A stretch of 64,000 bases of DNA, taken from the NCBI RefSeq assembly GCF_006345805.1, contig NC_043020.1, positions 20,956,001-21,020,000 on the forward strand, read 5' to 3'. The first letter of the stretch is position 1. Each line of letters begins with the position of its first letter. Of the stretch, positions 34,294 through 46,872 are shown piece by piece. The position numbers and the translations under genes are program-made. A model generated the notes under the pieces. The model saw only the letters and a program-made list of their open reading frames with translations. It was not told where the DNA came from and made no database searches. The DNA comes from Octopus sinensis (lineage: Eukaryota).

Positions 34294-37289
34294 TGTTGCG
34301 GATCTTTACGTTCTGACTTTAAATCTGCTTTTCATCTTCCATCGTCAATAAAATTTTAAAAAAGACTAATTAAGTACTGGACTGATTTAATTGGCTGTAC
34401 TCTCCCGTCCGCGAAACTGTTTTTCCCACGAGAGTTCCAGACCCCAGTAATGAGCTCATTTGCATACAACCAATCAGAACTCACCTTGACTTTGTTGTCA
34501 TGTTAGAGGTTGGCATTCAAAATGGCGACCTCCGACTGCCATGCGAATCTTGCATTGTGCTCTCATTCAAATGCCAATATCATCGATACTGAACATATGC
34601 TGACATTGTGCTGACCGTGACGACGACTGCATGGAGCCGAACGATCAGAAAAATGAAAATGACGGAGCTGACTGCGAGGATATGAAGATTTCAGATAGCG
34701 AACACGATGATGTGACAAATCCGCCACTAGAAAATTTGCACTTGCAACGCTCTCTTCAAAACCAGTTTGATACACGCTGTTGCACATCAAAAGCTGGATG
34801 TTTGAGCACTGGAATGGGGTAGATGTTAGGAAGATTTGGCTGCTATTTCTTATTGGTTAACGGGTCACTTAGAAACGACCTTATTAGTTCATATACGTCT
34901 GTGTGGACATTCTTATAGAATAGTTGGAAATTATCTAGCTTTACAAAATCCGAAATTTCGTCGAATCTGTATGTTTTAAGCGTCGTAGATTATGAATTTG
35001 GCGAAAAATATGATGCTGGTCCCCACATACACCACTTTCTGTAACTTTTCGTATTTGACTTTCGATTTTCCCCCCGGATTTTTGCTGTGAATGTGTAGTG
35101 AGACCCAGAATCGAAACCTCACAACTTTAATAACTAGTCAAGTGACGTGTGTTCTGGTTATTAACCAATCAACTTACTAGAATATCACCGTATATTAGAG
35201 AATTTCCTTAGTGTCCCAAGAGTTTGATATTTCGTAGTTATATAAGCTCAACGCACGCAAACAAATCACAGAGAGAGCACTTTGGAAGCACAAGCAGTAG
35301 GCTCTTACTTCGATAAGTTTTCCTTGAGTTCAATCCCAAGTTAAAAGGAATTCATCAACGAGGATGAACAAGCATTATTCTCACCTCTCACTCGAAGCTA
35401 ATGTTTTGTTAATAAATTAATTACAACTACGTTCGGTTCTAGCACATTACATTATGCTACTGGCAAACTATTATGTAACTATGTAAATATTGTAAATTTA
35501 CTTCGATAAAAATATGTTATTTTAACAACGTTTGCAGTTAGTTTATTATGGGACAACACGCAACTAAACTTAATACCAACCAAAAAATATCCATACAACC
35601 AGTACCACAAATGTTTTTGAAGAATTATAATCACGGATGTTTAAAACATCAATCTGCAAAAAAAAAAAAGAAAAAGAAAAAGTAAAAGAATACAAAAACT
35701 CAAAAATTACCGAATGGATGGGGTTTATTTTTTTTCGGGTTTGTATACCATGAAGCTCAAAACATATCCGAAGAAATTAGAGGGTTTGGTGCACTAGAAT
35801 ATTTCCGACGCAATTCTATGCGTCTGTGTGCAAACACATGGCAGTAATAACTCGCTCCACTCTATGCATAAGCTGTCGCAAATGAGGGATGCCTGCGGCG
35901 CCAAAACCTACATAAATTAGGGAAACGAAAGAAGTAAATAATGAATAAATGAATGCTAGCAACAAATATAAGGAACCAGAAGAAGATAACAGGAAAAAAG
36001 TAAAAGAAATGAAGAAACAACGGGGAATATATTTAAATAAATAAAATGTAGGGTTTTATATCAGATGTGTTTGAAAGAGAAATAAATTGAGTCTGCACTT
36101 TCTTGTCTTACACAACAGGAAATATCAGATAAAAGAGGTTATGTTAGTGCTGGTTGTTGTTGTGGCGGTGGTGGTGAAGGATACATGTTGGCTGGAGTTA
36201 TGTGTAAGTTTACAGCAGTTAGTGGTAGAGGGTTGTTTTATTTCTTATCGGAAGACATTATTACTCCATTGCGGGTGAAGGAAGTCAGTAAGTGGTGAAG
36301 AGGCTTTTATCTCTCATGAGTGAAGTGGAGAAGCATTTGTGCTTCAGTTAGAGTGGAAGAAGTCAATAAAATTACACGCTATCAGTACTCGGAGTTTAAT
36401 TCACTTCAACTCTCCTCTGTACTCTTCTTTTTCACCCCTCTTTCTCTCTTTTAATCCCCCTCTTCACACTTTCCCATCCTGCTTTCTCACCCCTCTCACT
36501 CAAGTCGCTTCTATCCTTTCTGCCTTTATCTTCCATTCTAGCGCCACCCCACTTACTCAAGTATTATGATGTTTGCCAAGAGTTAAAAGGAGATATTCAC
36601 ATTACCTATTCCTCACTCTTTAAAAGTCACTCTAGAGCATAATATTATACAATAATACCCGGCAACAAACCACCAGGTAGGTGGCCACTGTCTGGTGACT
36701 TCGCTCAACACTGGGCATTAGCATTCCATTAGTTAGCCTTCAAATTTTGTTTGATAACGCTCATTTAGCGTGTGCTCGCCGGGAACTCCTCAATCGCATG
36801 TTCGAGACTTTGGTATGTATAAACATTTTCCCGCCATAATTACATTTCCAAAATCAGGGTGCGTCTTTCATGCAGCAAAATACGGTAATCATATTTGTAT
36901 ATAACAAAATTATGAATAGTGTTTTTTCAAGATGCCCAAATGTTAATATGAATTTTCTAAAGCCTTAAATTTTATTTTTAAATGATACAGTGCAGCTAGA
37001 GATTCCTTGTGCACACAGACTGAGCAGCCCTCTGTCACAACAGTGTAGTCTTATATCACTGGTTTATTATCCAATGTGTCCTTTCTGCTTGTTGTTTAAC
37101 TCCAGTTCAACTCTGATCCGGCAGATAGCCTAACCACGAGCAAATAATCTGTAGTGTACGCTTAGGGAAGTTCCTCTCTCTCTCTTTCTGTTATATATAC
37201 ACAAATACGGATGTAGTAGATAACAGCTAGCCTTCGGCCACTCTTTTGGACCCTTTTGTGTCCACAGCACTGATTGGTTGGTATTAGTG

Positions 37290-37430
37290 CAGTTTGTCTC
37301 TTGCTCTATTGCGTGCCAATATGCAACCCAACCAATCGCAGCCTTCTGATAAGGTCACGTGAGACAGTCTCTTCCAAACTTCCGGTGAGCCGAAAGCATA
37401 GTATAAAACGCTAGCTTTACACCATCTTTC
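37290..37430 (+). promoter_or_regulatory. Promoter-like motif cluster, probably within a solo LTR
   Basis: CCAATC, CACGTG, CTTCCGG and GTATAAAA within ~100 bp; LTR ends/TSD not established. Confidence 0.3.
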
Positions 37431-39972
37431 GTCTTTCGGTTCTAGACCTTTTGAGGTCTAACCACTGACCACAGAGCACACAGCCTGTTCCAGCGACAAC
37501 ACAACAGCAGCCACATCTCAGTCGCCTCCGTCTTAACGTCGTCAACAACAACAGATTCTATCTCAACACTGTTCGTGAAATACTTCACCATAGTTAACAG
37601 CAAACACAACCTGCGAGAACCTTCTGTACCAAGTAACCGGCTCTGCATAGTAGCCACAGCTTCACATACGACACGTGCCTCAACTGGCTCTGCATTGCAG
37701 CCACAACTTCTTGTTACAGCACTTCAACTATCGTGTACATTGACTACGAACTGGTATTTATCATCCTTGTGTCTGAACGTTCTTTTAACATCATATTATA
37801 GACTCTTTCAATGCTCTGTACTTAATGCACACACATACACTTTGTATACATGATCCACTGGGATCAACTATACCGTTCATCCTCTCGGGATCGATAAAAC
37901 AAAGTAACCCTCCCCTCATAATCGTTGGCCTTGTACATGAATTAGAATCCATTCATTACATCTGAACTAGTTTCAGATTTTTTTTAGTCACGTTCCTAAT
38001 CTGTATGTGCTGGCCCGAATAAAAGAGCAGTTGTTCTTCCATATACGTCTCAAGTCTCTCATCTCCAGTCAACCGATGATGTCCAAGAGAACGACAAAAC
38101 AAGTCCGTTACAAAGTGTCGTTGCAAGCGTTGTTGTCAGACGTTCTAACTGCTTCACCTCCATTCATTGATGTGGCGAGACGCTTTTTATCGGCCCCAAA
38201 AGATGAAAAATAAAGTCTTCGGTAGCATTTCACCTCGGTACACTGAAGGTCGGAACAAATACTGCGAGGAATTCTATTTAATGATCTTCATATAACACCA
38301 TAAATTCACTTTGTAGTTATACAAGTTTTCTTTCTTTCCTTGTTATAGTGGTGGTGATCGTAGGAGGATCGGACCGAATAATTTTATCGTCAGATGAGGG
38401 AGCTTCTACTTGGTCGCTTGTCCTTCTAGAAATAGCAACCCAATCTCTCTTAAAGTGTATTGACTTTAAAAGAGGCAGGACACTTCGTGTAATATAATTT
38501 TGAATATACTATGTCAAATAAATGATGGGATGGCCATAACTGGAATATTTTTTGGGTTAGGGTTAACCTGGCGTTGAACAACAACTAATACTATTAATCT
38601 GTAGGAAAGTGCAATGGCGAGCTTCTGAGAGATGATGGTGATGATAATGATGATGATGAAGGCAATGGTGATGGCGTTAACAATGATGGGGTGATGATGG
38701 TAGTGTTGGTGTTGGCAACGCTCGACAATAATGATGACTATGACGATCATGATGATGGTGGTAGTAGTGGTGACGATAGTTTAAGAAACATTCAACAGGT
38801 TGATTTAGTGACCTACTTGTTGATATTTTGAGACAAGTACAGACGCCTTGCTACCTGCTACCAAAGGACAGAAAAGTTGAAGGTGTGGGAGTGTATGTGG
38901 GGTGGTGGAGAAAAGTTGACTGATTACATTGTGAATGACACAATTCTTTTGTTACGATATTTCTATTGAAATACGGTGTATTCAATAATTTTAAAAAAAA
39001 TAATGAAGACTAGTAAAATAACTGCCATTACTAAGCAGTATTTGGAACATAACACAAAATTATGATGGAAAGTATTAATTGAAATCACTCTAAAACGAAA
39101 GTTTGTATCAGAGAACCAAAGGTGGTCACAAGCGGGTCAACAAGAGTAGATTGAAACAAACCCTTTGGGACAAACCTCATTTGAAATTTTAAACTCTCAA
39201 TTAAGGCGCAAAGTAAGACAAAATACTTTAAGCTTGAAATGCATTCATCGAGCTACAGAGGATGCTTTCAGATGACTGTTTAAAACCTACGATATTATAA
39301 GTGCTTGTAGTCATTAATGATATACAACAAGCTTTAAGCACAAGTGGGACTATAACGTAATATATATTGCAAACAAAAGCTGACTTCCCCAAGAAAAATA
39401 TCAAATGCCAAGTATCACTCTATTAGATTATAATAAAAAACGGTTTCGAGGTTAAATGATTTGCCAAATTGGGTCGCACATGTAAAAAGATCGGGAAACT
39501 TACTCTGTGTTGGAGTGTACATATGCAGATAGGGCGGGGATCGTCAGGTTCAGACAAACCCAAACCCGCAGCTTGACGTAAATAAATTATGAACCAAATA
39601 TTTGCTTTAATTTTGTATTTCCTACAAATTAGGCGTTTAATTATCGAAAACACAGCTTAGTTAAAATCCTGTTTCAAGTAAAGTATTCTTTGGCAGTCAA
39701 AATTTTGTTTAACAATATCGTTTACCCTCCTTCTACCTGTACTATTATACATGATGCACTTGAATAAAATCTATGATATTATAAGTGCTTGTATGTCTGT
39801 GTAGAAAATATTTTTGCTTCGTAACCACTTGGCACTAGGCTCAATCTTGCTTCTCAGAAGCCTTTAGATGACCAGTGCTTATTGGGCGAAATTTAGAACA
39901 CGGAATCTGTGGCTGTGTTTGTGTGCGTATGTGTGCTTGTAATATATATATATATTATATATATATATATAT

Positions 39973-40004
<32 letters not shown>

Positions 40005-40040
40005 GTGTGTGTGTGTGTGTGTGTGGTGTGTGTGTGTGTG

Positions 40041-40851
40041 TGTGACCGGAGAAATTGATTTGTAAACAATATTATGAAATGTCGGAGTCAACAGTTGTTA
40101 CAATAAAAATTTGTTGTTATAATTTCATAGCGTAGGATGTGAACGATGAACAAGGCATGAAGTTTTAAGAAAGTATTTATTTACCGTTATGTTGAAAAAT
40201 ACCATACCTCGACGGGCAGGTTATAACATCCGAGAGCATGCGAAAGAAAGATGTGGTAGAATTTTTTTTTTCGCATAGTTTGGCATACACAAATTGTTAG
40301 TAGTAATCCAAAGATAGTGATAGTTGATGTTGTATGAGAAATTAATTAGAGCTAGTGAAAGTTGTAGAGTTGTGGGACGTTGTCGCACAGTTGCTGACAG
40401 TAAATTTCATTTCTCTCGCTGACCATTGTTTTTAGTAGCTGCATTCCTTGTGATCATGATTCTAGTAGTCCGTTCCCCAACTAATTGAGTCGTCACAAGC
40501 CGCCTCGCTCAGTTGTCGCCAAGTGACTACTTGGTTGAGTCGTCACCGACTGACTTTTGCTTGATGCGTTCTTGCTTTTATAACTCTCCAGAAGGATAGA
40601 TGTATCATTGAAAACAATAGATTTAGTTGGTGGTCTTGTTATCTCTATTCTAGCTTTTGGTGAAGTAGAAGAGGTTAGAAAGGGTCAAGTGGTGCAGCCA
40701 TTATTTCAGCCTAGCTAAAGGCAACTGGAAAATGTAAAACTGCTGTCAGAAAAGAACCATTGTTCCACCGTGGGAAAAGTTCTGTTGCAGTGTTAATTTA
40801 AATTTGGTTATGGTGGATCGAATCCACTTCATGCATGCAAGATCCACTACA
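40041..40851. mobile_element. Solo LTR-like repeat, copy 1
   Basis: TG..CACTACA termini; diverged direct copy at 43782-44590. Confidence 0.7.
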
Positions 40852-40856
40852 TCTAT

Positions 40857-40929
<73 letters not shown>

Positions 40930-41599
40930 AAATAAGCAACAAGGATATCCAGAGGTAATGCTTATTTTGACTTTAATCACCTTACTTTGAAATTGTATGA
41001 ATAATACCGTACTAAATTCTGGCACCTCAACTTAAGTACCATATTCATCTGAATCTAAATTTTTGTTGAACTCTTCTACCATACCCAATATATATATATA
41101 TATATGAATACCCACATAATTGTGTCTCTAACTCCAGAATTTGTTTCCCCATAACTTTAAGAAAAATGGATATTTTTTTAATGAAATTTTCTACAAATAC
41201 CTATCAGGTAGTATAGATTACGATTGTATCAGAATTTAAAGGGGAAAAAAATTGATGAGCGCACCCACGTATATGCTGACACACATAACATATATATCTA
41301 CGAAATGAAACTTGAAAATCTGGAAATTTGGAAATAGTTATATGTTGTGTGTCCGTATGTATATGTGCACACCCACAGTTTTTTTTACATTAAATTCCCA
41401 TATAATCGTAATATACACTATAGCTTTATTAAGCTATACATGAAAATAATCAGAAGCAAGAATATGTCAGTTTATTGTTTATTTTGCTTCACTCAGCTAC
41501 GATGTGAGGACGAGTACGATCGGTCATTTAAATCCCCTGGCTGCTGTCCCGCTTAACCGGAAGTCCCTTCTCTGCAGGCCAGATTGTTAGCTAGCCCGC

Positions 41600-41880
41600 A
41601 GTGAAGGTCCCTAAAGCAGATAGACAAGCCCGTTTAAGGAAACATGAAACACCAGAGCAGAAACGACGGAGGTTGGAGTCTGACACTGATAGAAAAGCCC
41701 GCTTAAGAGAACAGATGTTAACAGAATAACTTCAAAGGAACGAAGCCAAAATTGCCCGTTCCAGAGAACTGGAAACATCAGAACAACGACAAGTCAGGTT
41801 GGAATTTAGGCTTTTTCTCACTAAGAGTGAGGAACGAGCAGCCTTTAACTATGACCTGACACATGGCCATTACGATAGAT
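41600..41880 (+). pseudogene. Helitron RepHel N-terminal (STPR-like repeat) remnant
   Basis: RLRKHETPEQKRRRLESD, ARSRELETSEQRQVRLE, ERAAFNYD. Confidence 0.65.
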
Positions 41881-41914
41881 GCCTTATGCATACATTTGTG
41901 AAGAGTACAAACCG

Positions 41915-42300
41915 AGACGAAGGCCGGGTCACTGCATTTTATCTGATCAAATTCATCCTATGGTTGCGGAACTGTTTCTGGAGGAAAACGCAATCTTACA
42001 GGATGACAATGCACCAAATCACACAGCTAAAGTTGTTACTCAATGGCACGAGGAACAGTCTAGTGAAGTTGAACATCTTATCTGGCCACCACAGTCCCCA
42101 GATCTCAATATTATTGAGCATTTATGGGGAATTTTAGAAAAACAAGTAAGGAGTCGATATCCTCCACCATCACCACTACAAGAGCTGGAGACTGTGTTAG
42201 CTGAAGAATGCACGAAAATTCCTTTAGAAATAATTCAAACTTTGTACGAGTCCATAACTCGTAGAATTCAAGCTGTAATTACTGCCAAAGGCGGTCCTAC
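41915..42300 (+). pseudogene. Tc1 DD34E transposase C-terminal fragment
   Basis: ILQDDNAPNH..WPPQSPDLNIIEHLW..RRIQAVITAKGGPT; no stop or TIR before the next element. Confidence 0.9.
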
Positions 42301-42589
42301 CTCATCGGACCAATTAACTTCTGCTAAATTTAGTTCCACTAACAAAATTCATTCGTTGTTCTTGTCTGTTGTGGGCGTGTCTCGGAAGAGTCCGCCAGGT
42401 ACGCTATTGGCTGACTATGTGTACACGTGACAAGACGTGATTAGTCGACGCAGCAGCAGCTAGCTGAGCAGCATTGTGTAATTCTGCAGTTTTGAGTTCT
42501 GTTCACCTACGGCGTTGTCACATTACAGACAGTCTTACAGTGTCAGCGACAGCAGTGTACGTTATCGGCTTATCGAGTTAACGCTTATC

Positions 42590-42925
42590 GTTTTGCATGC
42601 TCTCTCTACAATGTAAGTAGTTGTCGAACCATGACAAGTACTTACATTGGAGATGACTACTTACACTGTAGAGACAGTACGCAGCAGCATAGGAGAGCGT
42701 ATAGGTGAACACTGGCGAGAGCTCAAAGAAGAGAAAGTCTCGTCGGTGCTCTACCAACTTGCTCAAGCAGAACATAGAGGCTCAGTCAATAGCATAGAGG
42801 TCAAAGTATTATCAATACATAGAACTGACACGACACTTAGACAAATCACAGAGGCTACACATATAGCAATAGACAGACCGAGCCTCAACAGAAAATACGA
42901 ATTAACACCCACCATCACACCATGA
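42590..42925 (+). pseudogene. Penelope-like GIY-YIG endonuclease remnant
   Basis: LYNVSSC..STYIG (frameshift) ERIGEH..ITEATHI..RPSLNR. Confidence 0.7.
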
Positions 42926-43362
42926 CGACTAAAGACTAAAGACTGAATAGAGAAAAATAACAGTTACAAACAGCGTAATACACATACAAAGACATATATG
43001 CACATACCTATGATAAATATAAAAGAATTAGAGATATTAAAAAAAAAGGCTATAAAGGGCACGGATACAAACAACCTAGGAGGCGAACTCATATACACAC
43101 ACGAACGCACATACGGTAACTTCACAGACGGTCGCAACAATATCAACACAACCAACAACAATGAGAACAACAACAACAACAACATCTAGTACGATGTCAG
43201 CAGCGTGGGCGAATACACAAACACAGAGGGTGACAAGAACGGTACAAAAAGTCGGGTTCAAGGGTAACAGCAGCGGCAACGGGGAAGGGAACGGGGCTGA
43301 GGGGAGGATCATAGTGCTACTAAGAACAATGCTTAGGGCCTCACATTTCGCCTTGTATATAT

Positions 43363-43435
<73 letters not shown>

Positions 43436-43781
43436 CATATACGTTTCTGATGGTAGTCAATAGTCTGGAGAATGTTGGGCTCCATCTAGCTGGCTTCTCT
43501 TTCAAATACTTCTTTAAAATGAAACCCTTAGTAGATGATGTGTAATAATTCACTGTGCTATATACTAATCAGGAACATGCTCCTTTACACTTGAACGTGG
43601 AAGGCGCTTGCTGCAGGTCACTGTTCTCGCTGGGAAATTTCTCCTTTCAGACTTTGTGTATAAAAACACATCGAACCGAGATTTGAATGACGTTATAGGA
43701 CTGCCAAACATATTTTTCGGTCTTAGAGACAGAAATTGTTTCATTCTTTCATAGCCCAGTCGGAACTCTAGTTCTTATATA

Positions 43782-44590
43782 TGTAACGGCAGAAATTGAT
43801 TAGTAAACAATATTATATGTTGTGATCAGCAGATGCAACGATAAAAAGTTGTTGGTAATGCATACTGTAAGATGTGAAAAATGAACAATGCATGAAGTTT
43901 TAAGAAAGTATTTATTTACCGTTACGTTGAAAAACACCATACCTCGACGGGCAGGTTGTGATGAATCCAAAAGCATGCGAACTAAAGTTTGTATTTGTGT
44001 CCTCTTCATTGTTTAGTAGAGAGATAGAATGATGTTGTAAGGGACAGTAGAGAGAGATAGAATGATGTTGTAAGGGACAGAATTAGAGCTAGAGAGAATT
44101 GTAGGGCATTGTCTTACAGCTGCTGACAGTAATTTGTATTTCTCTCGCTGACCATTAAATTTAGTAGAGGTACTCCTTGTGGTCATGATTATAGCAGTCC
44201 TTTCCTTAACTAATTGAGTCGTCACGAGCTACCTCGTCCACTTGTCGGCAAGTGACTAACTCCGTTGAGTCGTCACGACTGACCCGAACTCATTTTTGCT
44301 TGGGATGTGCTGGCTCATATAACTCTCCAGAAGGATAGATATATCATTGAGAACAATAGATTTAGATGGTGGTCTTGTTATCTCTATTCAAGCTTTTGGT
44401 GAAGTAGAAAAGGTTAGAAAGGGTCAAGTGGTGAAGACATTATTTCAGTCTAGCTAAAGGCATCTGGAAAATGTAAAACTGCTGTTGGAGAAAAACCATT
44501 GTTCCTTCGTGGGAAAAGCTCTGTTGAAGTGTTAATTTAAATTTGGCTATAATGGATCGAATCTACTTCATGCATGCAAGATTCACTATA
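43782..44590. mobile_element. Solo LTR-like repeat, copy 2, in (TA)n context
   Basis: TGTAACGG..CACTATA; matches 40041-40851. Confidence 0.7.
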
Positions 44591-45734
44591 TATGTAATCA
44601 GCCAAAGAGAAAAGAAATCTGCTGCTGTGTACAGAGGATTTGTCGAGTAATAAAGAAAAACACAAAGTAGCGACAACATATGAAAGATGTTCGCTGTGGG
44701 TCTCTCGTCTCAGAGAAAAATTTCTCCTTTATAGACTTAGTGTGAAATAAAAGAATGACATATTACATTGCGACAATCTGATATACATAACAGGTTGAAC
44801 AGCACAGAATACGTCCGATATACGTTAGCGTACACTATGAGCTGTTCTACAAGCACCCCGCCATCCGGCCAAGATTTAATGACTTCACGCGTGGACTTTT
44901 GTCATTCGAGTTTCTACGTCGGGTGGAATGGGTTTATTTGTCTAGTGGTTTTATCACGATTAATTTGTATTTTCTGTCGGCAAAATTTTGTGAACTTTTT
45001 TTTACGTGTTTTTCCCTCTTTTATGCTTGAAAGATTAGAACTATCTGAACACACTCAGGTTCACACTCAGGTACTCGGTTATAAATACATTTGCGTGTGG
45101 TATAACGGTGCTCCGAATGCATTAGTTTATCCTTGGTATTTTCAATATTTACATTTAGAAGCTAAAAGTTAATTACAATTCTGATACTAACCTCCATCTC
45201 ACGTAGAACAAAAAAAGAAAAAAAGCATGAAGCATATCAATAGCTATGGAGGATGCGAGGGTATTCCCCGCTCTAAAACAGCCTTACAATGTGCGTCTCT
45301 TTCTCCTTAACCTACAATGATAGCCACATTTTCTTTCTACAACGCCCTCCAGCCATCACCTTCATTACACAGGCTAGAAAATACCGTGGAAAAATTGTAA
45401 TTAATTTATAAAGAAGAAATGTATAGTTTTATGATTATCATTAAGATAAGACAAAATTTGAAATATTTCCAGCCAAAATTATGACGTAATATGACTTATC
45501 ACACATCTCCCGTCTTCTTTTCCACAAGCTCTTATCCTGCATCCTTTATTCTACCGCCGGTGACCAAAATTGGACTAAGAAATTTTGTGTAAGTTGTTTG
45601 CGTTCCCAACCATCTTGATGTTATCACCCCAGGTGATTGCCTAATACTAATTTGCCAAGCGCATAGCTCTGCTCTTGTTCATAGTAAAACTTCCACTATG
45701 TTAAAAAGAATATATAATATAATATAATATAGTA

Positions 45735-45808
45735 TAATATACATACATGAATGCATGCATACATACACACATACATACATACATACATAAATACATACAT
45801 ACATACAT

Positions 45809-45839
<31 letters not shown>

Positions 45840-45872
45840 TACACACACACATACATACATACATACATACAC

Positions 45873-45903
<31 letters not shown>

Positions 45904-45958
45904 TACATACATACATACATACATACATACATACATACATAAATACATACATACATAT
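45735..45958. repeat. (ATAC)n/(AC)n compound microsatellite
   Basis: Directly visible. Confidence 0.95.
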
Positions 45959-45999
45959 GAGCGAATCTCAGTACTAAGCGAATTTTAGAACTCCGGTAC

Positions 46000-46440
46000 G
46001 CTCAGTCATGCGCAGAAGTGCAACAAGCTGTCAAGAATTTCATCAATGTATATCAACGTTTTGGGCTCACTGTTAATACTAAAAAACTTAAGTCCTCGCC
46101 CACCCAGCCCCGAATTCTGCCCTGCCAGATTTTCACATCGTTATTTCGAGCAAGTTTGCATGCCTTGGAAGTATGCTTTCCACCAAATGAAATTCTGAAC
46201 AAGGTGTGGAATGAAGTATTGCATCGGCTTATTCAGCTTTCGGTAAACTAACAAAACGTGCTTTCAAAAACAAAGATCTAACTTTGAAAACGAAGATTAT
46301 GGTCTACCAAGCTGTTGTCATATTCACGCTCTTTTACGGTTGTGAAACTTGGACTTTATATAGTAGTGACAGTAAAATACTTGAACGCTTTCAGCTGAAA
46401 CTTCGCGCTCTCTTGAAAACAATAATTCCGTGTTGGAAAG
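46000..46440 (+). pseudogene. RTE-clade LINE RT C-terminal remnant
   Basis: RFGLTVNTKK, ASAYSAFGKL, TKIMVYQAVV..LFYGCETW..LERFQ. Confidence 0.8.
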
Positions 46441-46872
46441 AGCGAATAGCGTGAATCCCTAATCATTAAATATCGTCTTCGACGGCATAGCCATATCACC
46501 AAACTCTCTTCAGTAAACTGGCAACCGAGTAAAGACAAAGAGGAGCCTCTCTTCGATGTTACAAAGATCAGCCAAATTCAACTTGGAAGCAGGCCAACTT
46601 CGACCCCCAGGCTTTTGAGACGATCGAAACCAATCGTTCCGACTACCGACAAAACATAAACAATATTGTTTGAAAGGGAAAGAATAAGAGAAGAGGTGAG
46701 ATAACGGTAACGGAAGGCCGGACTGCAACGACCATGACCGACTCCGACATTCACATGTGGCCAATGCAATCGTGTGTTCTATGCGAGGATTGGCCTCATT
46801 AGCTACATTCACCAGCGGCATTAATGATCCAAATATTTATCCAGGAGGAGAAATAAATTCCTCGGATTCTAG

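Noticed and set aside
38007-38260. Possible mariner C-terminal remnant (PP..DVA..KMKNK..HFTSV)
   Set aside because: Needs several frameshifts; similarity is too weak to call.
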